In this document: positions 57,342 through 64,000 of the stretch, in pieces
Layout: the number at the start of each line of letters is the position of its first letter
Position numbering within the stretch: the first letter of the stretch is position 1
From: a virus
IMG/VR virus record: IMGVR_UViG_3300037961_002813
Span: 32,001-96,000 of that record
Length of the DNA: 64,000 nucleotides
Reading direction: 5' to 3' (one strand)
Made by a program: the position numbers and the translations under genes
The notes under the pieces: model-generated
Seen by the model: the letters and a program-made list of their open reading frames with translations, nothing else
Told to the model about the DNA's origin: nothing
The model's database searches: none

Positions 57342-57937
57342 AGCCAAGATTTGAAAAGATGAGTTATGAAACTACAGTTATGCTTGAAAAAGCAAAAGCG
57401 ATGAATGACAGGCTAGATAGAATAGAGAAAGAAATGACTCTACCACTGTCAGCAGGTACACCTCGAACATCAAAAAGAGGTAAAATGGAAAGCATGAGAA
57501 CACCTCGTGAGGGTATGCGTGAAACCGGTGAGATGCCTCTTCCGGGTACAGGTGACGATACAGGTATGGCTACAAAGGCTGAAGGTTGTCCCGACTGTGG
57601 CGGTAAAAAATGTACATGTAAAGATTGTCCTTCATGTGGTTCTAAAGTAAATAAAGCGGGTATGTGTAAAGCAAATTGTGTACCGGGTAATAAAATGGCT
57701 AAAGCCCAACCCGGATTTGCACCCGAAAAAATCACTGACATCAATCCTCACTTCGTAGCAGAATCCGGTGGACAGACTAAGAGTGGTTATTTTACTACTA
57801 ATGGTAAAACTATTGAAACTGAAGATGCTAAACCAAAGAGAAAGAAAGCAGATTCTAAGGTGAACATGGAAAGACTATCATCAAGACAAAACCCGCACTC
57901 CGATACAGGAGTCGTTAGAGAAGAAAAGTTTGATTGA
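57338..57937 (+). CDS. Hypothetical protein with Cys cluster and multiple K-A motifs
   Basis: CPDCGGKKCTCKDCPSC; LEKA, ATKA, VNKA, MAKA. Confidence 0.65.
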   Translation: MKPRFEKMSYETTVMLEKAKAMNDRLDRIEKEMTLPLSAGTPRTSKRGKMESMRTPREGMRETGEMPLPGTGDDTGMATKAEGCPDCGGKKCTCKDCPSCGSKVNKAGMCKANCVPGNKMAKAQPGFAPEKITDINPHFVAESGGQTKSGYFTTNGKTIETEDAKPKRKKADSKVNMERLSSRQNPHSDTGVVREEKFD

Positions 57938-57946
57938 GGTGATATT

Positions 57947-58117
57947 GTGAAACCTATAGCGGTTAAAAAAGCAAATATCAACTCTAAACTTAGAGAAGCG
58001 GGAGAAGCGGGAATGCCTATAGTATGTAGAAAGTGCGGTGGCACAAATACTTCGGGTTGTAAATTACATCAAGGTATGGATATACACGCATGTCCTTTAT
58101 TTGAACCGCTATCATAG
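57947..58117 (+). CDS. Small Zn-finger protein (56 aa)
   Basis: Manual translation MKPIAVKKA...CRKCGG...C..H...ACP; SD GAGGTGA. Confidence 0.55.
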   Translation: MKPIAVKKANINSKLREAGEAGMPIVCRKCGGTNTSGCKLHQGMDIHACPLFEPLS

Positions 58118-58120
58118 GCG

Positions 58121-61100
58121 GTGAAAATAATGATAGATGATTTCAACATTCGTAAAAATGAGTTTGTAATATCTCTTTACGATGGTTTAGATTTATCTCG
58201 AAGTGCCGCAGAATACATTATGGCATGGGAATCTTTAGAAAAATCCCCTAGCGATTTATTTTCTTTAAATCTTAAAGATACTGCTGAAACAATAATTAAA
58301 TTCGATAAAAAGGAAGGTGTAGGTTATTTATTGGCTAGTATGCCTACTTTTGGTGAGCCAACAAATCATGTTTGGGCTAACGGTTTAATTCGTAGAGAAG
58401 GTAGAGGTCACTCGATATTTCCTACTTATAGAGCAGATGTGAAGTCATCTTACACAGATACTCACTTTCCTTATCATGAAATGAACCATCCATTAAGGCA
58501 GATAAACCACGCTACAGGTTTACCAAATATGTTTGAAGTGCTTAGGTCATTTGCGTTAGGTGGTGCAAGTACACAAGAAATGGAGATGGAGAAAAAGTGG
58601 TATAAGACTATGACAGAAAAAAATAGTCCTTTAGTTACCGGCATAAAAGCGGGTTCTAAAACTATACCAATTCTTGGAGATATTAATGCACCGGGAACTG
58701 TAGCACAGCATCAACATCATCTGTACGAAAGAGATTATAGAAGATGGAAAAAGCAAAATGCAGATTTAGAAACAGAACTCCAAAGTAGAGGTTTGAAAGG
58801 CAAGGAGTTGGAAAGTGAACTGCGCCATAGTCACTTTGATGATAAAGTAAAGGAGTGGACAAGTAAAGAAGGAGAGTTAGGTTTAGACGGTTTTATGTAC
58901 GGTCTTGAATGGTTTACACCCGAAGAAAGAGATTCTATTGAAGAACAGTTACACGAAGGTATAGATAAAAAATCAACACTTACATTACCCAATGGTGAGA
59001 AAATACCCACCGCTAGAATAGCAGTAAATAATTTACTTAGAAGAACACCCGAAATGAACTTTATGCTTAGGTCAAATCAAAATTTTGGCCGTAATGCTCA
59101 TTATCGAAATCAATCTAATGAAGAAGATTATTCTCAAGGTGAAAACAGATTCATTAGAAGTGCTTTAGGAGAATATGTCCATAATCAAAACGATATGTTA
59201 GACTATCCTATCGCTGATTATATATTGAGTGAGATTAATGAAAAATATGCTGTTGATGATAAAGCACCTTTACAAGTACTACCGTCACTTCAAATTCATA
59301 AAACAAAACCTAAAGATAAATATAATTATCAAGATTTACAAAGAGCATCTAAACACAAAAGACTCTCTATGGAAGATTTACTTTTCTTAGCGGGATTTGA
59401 CCCTAACACGAAACAGTTGATTGATGACCACCCCATACATGGTAAAATGGATGGGCCGATAATTGATTTACCAACGCTAGAAAAAGTACAAGACCATGCA
59501 CGACGCAACGGAACAGTTCAACAATTAGCAAAAGAAATGGTGAATGATTTAGCGTTTTTAAAATCACCACACGGTCCTCATCCCGATGAAGAAAAACAAG
59601 AATTTTGGGAAAATCATCCCGATGGATATACATACGGTCCGGGTAAATTTTATTCTTCTTTGTATGCTAATATACCGGGTATGAATGTATCACCTGCAAC
59701 ATGGATTGAATTTTTACACTCTATGTCACATGACAAAGATAACTCTATCATGTTTCAAACAGACCCAAGTAACTATCAATTTTGGATGCCAAATCAAGAT
59801 AACACTATTTTAGGAATGCATTTCGGTCCACTGTTTGCGCCACCCATAGGGGCTTTTGATGCTACTAAGTATAAATTTGATTATACTCCCGAAAAAATGC
59901 CTTTGCAAAATATATTTTCTCCTTTTGGTACAGGTAAATCTTCTAATCGAACTGAAAAAAATAACTATACCGAGCATAAATCGGCAATCAATCCAATGTA
60001 TGAGTATGCAATAAGAACAGCAAATCCTGCTTTTAAACAACAACTAGGTACACATAATCAACATTTAGAACCACACACTTCAACTAATCCTACTATTATG
60101 CCTAAATCTACATCTATGTATGGTACGCATCCTAGTGATAGTAGATTACACGAAAGAGCAGTTAAAGCACAATTACATAACACATTTTTGAATAGAGTTG
60201 GTCATCCATTTACTCCACCAAAAAAAGCCATAGCGCAACTTAAAGATTTTTTAACAGGTGACTTAACATTATCAGCAGGTCTCGGCCTTCAAGAATTCAA
60301 AGATTATGTGGGGTGGGATTCTAAACCTACCACTTATAGTAATGTCAAAGATACTATAGAAACAGGCGATTACCCAATAGTTAGATTAGTAAATTCAGTT
60401 AGTAAAATACTCAATACAACAGATAGTAGAAAAATCAACAATTTTATAGAAAATTTGTCTGTTGATAAAAACGATGAAAATTATAAAATTCTACATGACT
60501 ATTATATAGATAACCACGATTTTGCTGTTAATGATAAAATTAATTTAGATGAGGCTAGGTCTAAATTACAAAGTGTAACATCTAAACTTCATCAAAGAAA
60601 ATTAGATGGTCCGAAAAAGAAATACCAACCTAAAACAACATCTACTGATGCTATTCAGTCTATCCTAAGATTTGGTGGTGACAATGTTTCTACTGAAAAA
60701 GAAAATAGAATTAGAGAAACTATTGATTCAATAAATGAAATGATGATGAATCCCGATTTATCACAAGAGCAAGTAATGGGTTTGAGAGAAGATTTACAAG
60801 ATGCTGTGACTCAATTAAATCAAGTTCAATTATCTGCAAAACAAAAAGATAAACCGACATCGCATTGGAAAATTAATGCTAAACAGTATTTAGATATGCT
60901 ACGGTCTCATCATGATACAGTTGTTGATTATGCTAAAAATGTCGTAATGCCGTTAGTTCTTGAACAACAACCCGATGCTTTTGACCCTAACAACCCTGTA
61001 CAGTTTATACATAATGTACAAAAATTATTGGCTGACACACAAAGACACATTTTAGCAACTGACAATCACGATTTATCTCCTGTAACTTACGGAATAGATT

Positions 61101-63700
61101 ACAATGTGGTCAGTCAAAAACCAAAAGAAATTAATGAACATGGTGCTATTGCTAATCATTTACTAGAAAATGGTGCAGAAATAGATGGTAACATGTCGGT
61201 TGATGAAGTAATTAATATGTTAAACTTAGAAAAAACTCCCGCTATGAAAGAACATGTTGCTAATATTATTAATGAATCTTCTTTGAGACAACAACCATTA
61301 TTTGTTTCAACAGTGGGTAATCTGCTTACAAGTGGTACATTATCAAAAATAGGAAATGCAGATATATCTCATTTACATACTCCTAATGATGATATTATGG
61401 GTACTGAATATGATGATTTAAACAGTAACGATAAGTTCCATCACGATTTACATAATTCAAATATTCATAACGCAATAACTATTGCACAAAAGAGAGCAAG
61501 AAAAGAAAATGAAAATTGGAAAGCAAATCCTATACATGGATTATCTCAATCATTAAACCATATTCTTAACACAAAACATTTTGGACAATCAATGCAAAAT
61601 AGCGGATTAGAATTTTTCCACGCTAGAGACTTTGATGCTCATGGTGCAAAAGATATGGGTAAAGGGGTTAAGAAAGTCACCGCTACTACTAGAAATAATT
61701 TAGACTCTTTAATTGTGTTAGATGAAAGAAAGTTAATGGATGAAAGAGGTGGTATATTAGAAAGCGCATTTGAAGCACCTACAACTGAAACAGTTGCTAG
61801 AGCCGGTTTAGGTACTCATTCTAAGATAGGTAGAGTGAACCCCACTAATGCATCTATCTACAATATATTCGGTGTAGGAGATATTCATGAAGGGTTTGTA
61901 GCAGAACCTTCGTTTGGTATTGAAACTAACATAGAAGGTGAACCAATAGTTGGAGAATATACTCAACCGGGCTTTTATCCAAGAGTAAGTGAAGAAGCGT
62001 TGAACACATTGTTTGGAGAAGAAACCGTACAACAGGTACTACCAAATTTACCACCACCTCAAACTACCCTTTCAGCACATCAAGGAGTAAATATGGATAC
62101 ATACTTATCTCCATCGGATGACCCTTCAACTATTGCTATGAGTGAAGTTTCTACATATATCACATCATTACTTAATCCCGATATATTACTAATGAAAAAC
62201 GATGATGTAAAATGGTCACCTCCTATTAGACCAATGCATCGTATTTTTGAAATAAGCGATTTACACCATCTAAGAGGGTTTAGTGGCTCGTGGGTAGTTA
62301 GTAAATGGTATGATGGTAAGAGAGTAATTATTGTAAACGAAGATGAAACTATTACTACATACGATGAAGATGGTAAAAAAGTAGGATTGAAAAAAGTATT
62401 CAAAGAAAATCTTTCAAAGTTAAATAAAAGAGATTATGTTATAGACGGTATTTTGGGTGAGGATGAATTAAACATAATAGATATTCTAAATTATGACGCT
62501 AACAATGTAAGCGATATGACTATGTTTGAAAGAATGAAATTATTAAGAAGTCAATTTGACAGTCATGAAAATATAATTATTCCCGGTCCACATGATACTA
62601 AAATGACAGATGAAGAAGGTTTAGATGAAACGGTATCTAATCTGCAAAAAGAACATGAGGTGCTTTTACTAAGAGATGGTAAATCTACATACATGAAAGG
62701 AGAAAGGCGACATCCTAAATGGATGCTACTTAGAAACACTAAAGATTATAATTTCATAGTATTAGATGTAAAAGGTAAAAATTCACATACATATAGATTA
62801 GGTGCAGGGCCAATATTAGATGGGTCAAAATTAGGCAATAGAGCAGTAGAAGTAAATGGTCAAGAGTATATGGATATAGGCACTATACATAATCAAACGG
62901 ATTCATACAAAGTAGGAGATGTGGTTAGAGTATCTATTACAGGAGTTACAAAGAAAACTCGTGGTGGAAGAGATGTTTTCAATGTACAAATGAAACAAAT
63001 AACCGGTAAGGGTGATGGTGAAGGTGCGGCTAGTGCCGAATCTTTAGATATACTTACTAAATCTTTAACTCCTATTTTAGTTCCGCATGATATAGAATAT
63101 GATAATAATAAATTAAAAGTTATATTAAAAGATGTAGATACTGTAGAATATGATGTTGTGAGTTATGGTAACTTATGGTATTTAGAAAATCCATCTACAG
63201 CATTGAGTGGTATGGTAAAATCAAACTATCCTGTTACATTAGCAGAAAGTATGTATCCATATTGGAGTGCTGTTGCACCGCTTATGTTTGATGGTCATTT
63301 AGTTAAAAGAGATGTACTAGATGAAAAACCTCCAAGCCGTAAACGGCAAGATAAACAATCAGCAGGTATATTAGATGCAGATGATGATAACCGGTTACTA
63401 AAACCAACTACTAAGAAAGCCTTAGAGATAATTACTCGTGCTTTAGATAAATTACACAAAGAGCGCACTACATGGACAGGGCCGAAAGGTTTGGGTATAG
63501 ATATGGCTACACCAATAGAATCCCCAAGTGGTCCAACTCGTTTGGCTAATGAAGAAACTATGCCGGATTATGATGGTAGAAAGCGAAGTGATGAAAAAGA
63601 AATTGAGCCTAAGAAAAACAAAAAAGAGAAAAAACCAATAAAACATATAGAAGTAAACGATAATACTTCGCAGTTGTCCGATTTTAACAAAATAGACTGA
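58121..63700 (+). CDS. 1859-aa head-module protein with a C-terminal ATP-dependent DNA ligase-like domain
   Basis: IRPMH, WVVSKWYDGKR, VIDG, IIDIL, ERMKLL, LLLRD..STY..G.R...KW, and an OB-fold-like segment (about 62215-63050). Confidence 0.75.
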   Translation: MKIMIDDFNIRKNEFVISLYDGLDLSRSAAEYIMAWESLEKSPSDLFSLNLKDTAETIIKFDKKEGVGYLLASMPTFGEPTNHVWANGLIRREGRGHSIFPTYRADVKSSYTDTHFPYHEMNHPLRQINHATGLPNMFEVLRSFALGGASTQEMEMEKKWYKTMTEKNSPLVTGIKAGSKTIPILGDINAPGTVAQHQHHLYERDYRRWKKQNADLETELQSRGLKGKELESELRHSHFDDKVKEWTSKEGELGLDGFMYGLEWFTPEERDSIEEQLHEGIDKKSTLTLPNGEKIPTARIAVNNLLRRTPEMNFMLRSNQNFGRNAHYRNQSNEEDYSQGENRFIRSALGEYVHNQNDMLDYPIADYILSEINEKYAVDDKAPLQVLPSLQIHKTKPKDKYNYQDLQRASKHKRLSMEDLLFLAGFDPNTKQLIDDHPIHGKMDGPIIDLPTLEKVQDHARRNGTVQQLAKEMVNDLAFLKSPHGPHPDEEKQEFWENHPDGYTYGPGKFYSSLYANIPGMNVSPATWIEFLHSMSHDKDNSIMFQTDPSNYQFWMPNQDNTILGMHFGPLFAPPIGAFDATKYKFDYTPEKMPLQNIFSPFGTGKSSNRTEKNNYTEHKSAINPMYEYAIRTANPAFKQQLGTHNQHLEPHTSTNPTIMPKSTSMYGTHPSDSRLHERAVKAQLHNTFLNRVGHPFTPPKKAIAQLKDFLTGDLTLSAGLGLQEFKDYVGWDSKPTTYSNVKDTIETGDYPIVRLVNSVSKILNTTDSRKINNFIENLSVDKNDENYKILHDYYIDNHDFAVNDKINLDEARSKLQSVTSKLHQRKLDGPKKKYQPKTTSTDAIQSILRFGGDNVSTEKENRIRETIDSINEMMMNPDLSQEQVMGLREDLQDAVTQLNQVQLSAKQKDKPTSHWKINAKQYLDMLRSHHDTVVDYAKNVVMPLVLEQQPDAFDPNNPVQFIHNVQKLLADTQRHILATDNHDLSPVTYGIDYNVVSQKPKEINEHGAIANHLLENGAEIDGNMSVDEVINMLNLEKTPAMKEHVANIINESSLRQQPLFVSTVGNLLTSGTLSKIGNADISHLHTPNDDIMGTEYDDLNSNDKFHHDLHNSNIHNAITIAQKRARKENENWKANPIHGLSQSLNHILNTKHFGQSMQNSGLEFFHARDFDAHGAKDMGKGVKKVTATTRNNLDSLIVLDERKLMDERGGILESAFEAPTTETVARAGLGTHSKIGRVNPTNASIYNIFGVGDIHEGFVAEPSFGIETNIEGEPIVGEYTQPGFYPRVSEEALNTLFGEETVQQVLPNLPPPQTTLSAHQGVNMDTYLSPSDDPSTIAMSEVSTYITSLLNPDILLMKNDDVKWSPPIRPMHRIFEISDLHHLRGFSGSWVVSKWYDGKRVIIVNEDETITTYDEDGKKVGLKKVFKENLSKLNKRDYVIDGILGEDELNIIDILNYDANNVSDMTMFERMKLLRSQFDSHENIIIPGPHDTKMTDEEGLDETVSNLQKEHEVLLLRDGKSTYMKGERRHPKWMLLRNTKDYNFIVLDVKGKNSHTYRLGAGPILDGSKLGNRAVEVNGQEYMDIGTIHNQTDSYKVGDVVRVSITGVTKKTRGGRDVFNVQMKQITGKGDGEGAASAESLDILTKSLTPILVPHDIEYDNNKLKVILKDVDTVEYDVVSYGNLWYLENPSTALSGMVKSNYPVTLAESMYPYWSAVAPLMFDGHLVKRDVLDEKPPSRKRQDKQSAGILDADDDNRLLKPTTKKALEIITRALDKLHKERTTWTGPKGLGIDMATPIESPSGPTRLANEETMPDYDGRKRSDEKEIEPKKNKKEKKPIKHIEVNDNTSQLSDFNKID

Positions 63701-63728
63701 TTTCTTTTAGACATAAAGTATCAGTTCA

Positions 63729-63738
63729 ATATAAATAG
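63729..63738 (+). promoter_or_regulatory. TATA box upstream of the prohead protease
   Basis: atataaatag about 25-30 bp before the ATG at 63763. Confidence 0.45.
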
Positions 63739-63762
63739 GATGACAGTAAGTTGTGTGAATTG

Positions 63763-64000
63763 ATGCTAACTATACAGCGACCATCTGCGGGATTGAAAGT
63801 CCTAAAGAGTGGTAGTGATTTAGTTGTAGCCGGTTATGCATCTGTAGAACTTGTTGATAAGCAAGGAGATTTGATTACTCGTGGTGCATTAAAAGATGCA
63901 TTTGACGGTTTTATGAAGAGTGACAGATACAGAAATGTACAGTTGGCTCACTCTAATATACAAGTTGGAGAAGTTATAGATAACTATGTAGACTCCAACG
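63763..64000 (+). CDS. Prohead (capsid maturation) protease, HK97/XkdF-like, truncated by the window end
   Basis: Manual translation VLKSGSDLVVAGYASVELVDKQGDLITRGALKDAF...NVQLAHSNIQVGEV. Confidence 0.85.
   Translation, partial: MLTIQRPSAGLKVLKSGSDLVVAGYASVELVDKQGDLITRGALKDAFDGFMKSDRYRNVQLAHSNIQVGEVIDNYVDSN

Overview
This window is most of the genome of a head-tailed dsDNA archaeal virus. Gene content and order (PolB, sliding-clamp-like protein, RecA/RadA-type ATPase, RFC clamp loader, TerL, portal, prohead protease), GGAGGTGA-type Shine-Dalgarno sites and TATA-box promoters best fit a Magrovirus-like virus of marine Group II Euryarchaeota; this assignment is inferred. The left arm (1-30.8 kb, minus strand) holds the replication module and a long early/accessory region. 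That region carries nine copies of one TATA promoter and is built from small genes chained by stereotyped 16-25 bp junctions. It includes a six-gene array with two invariant internal DNA repeats, a PPDK-like dikinase/phosphatase/SNF2 operon and a HipA-like kinase. A GC-rich repeat and palindrome block at about 30.85-31.31 kb marks the strand switch. The right arm (31.4-64 kb, mostly plus strand) holds late genes. These include HMG-CoA lyase, a Ras/Arf-like small GTPase among membrane-protein genes, TerS-like, TerL, portal, a 1859-aa protein with a degenerate DNA-ligase domain, and the start of the prohead protease. Many unrelated late proteins share an EPMxxA[WMF]xxLK peptide tag, a candidate capsid-targeting or protease-processing signal. 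All calls come from reading motifs by eye; no database searches were run.
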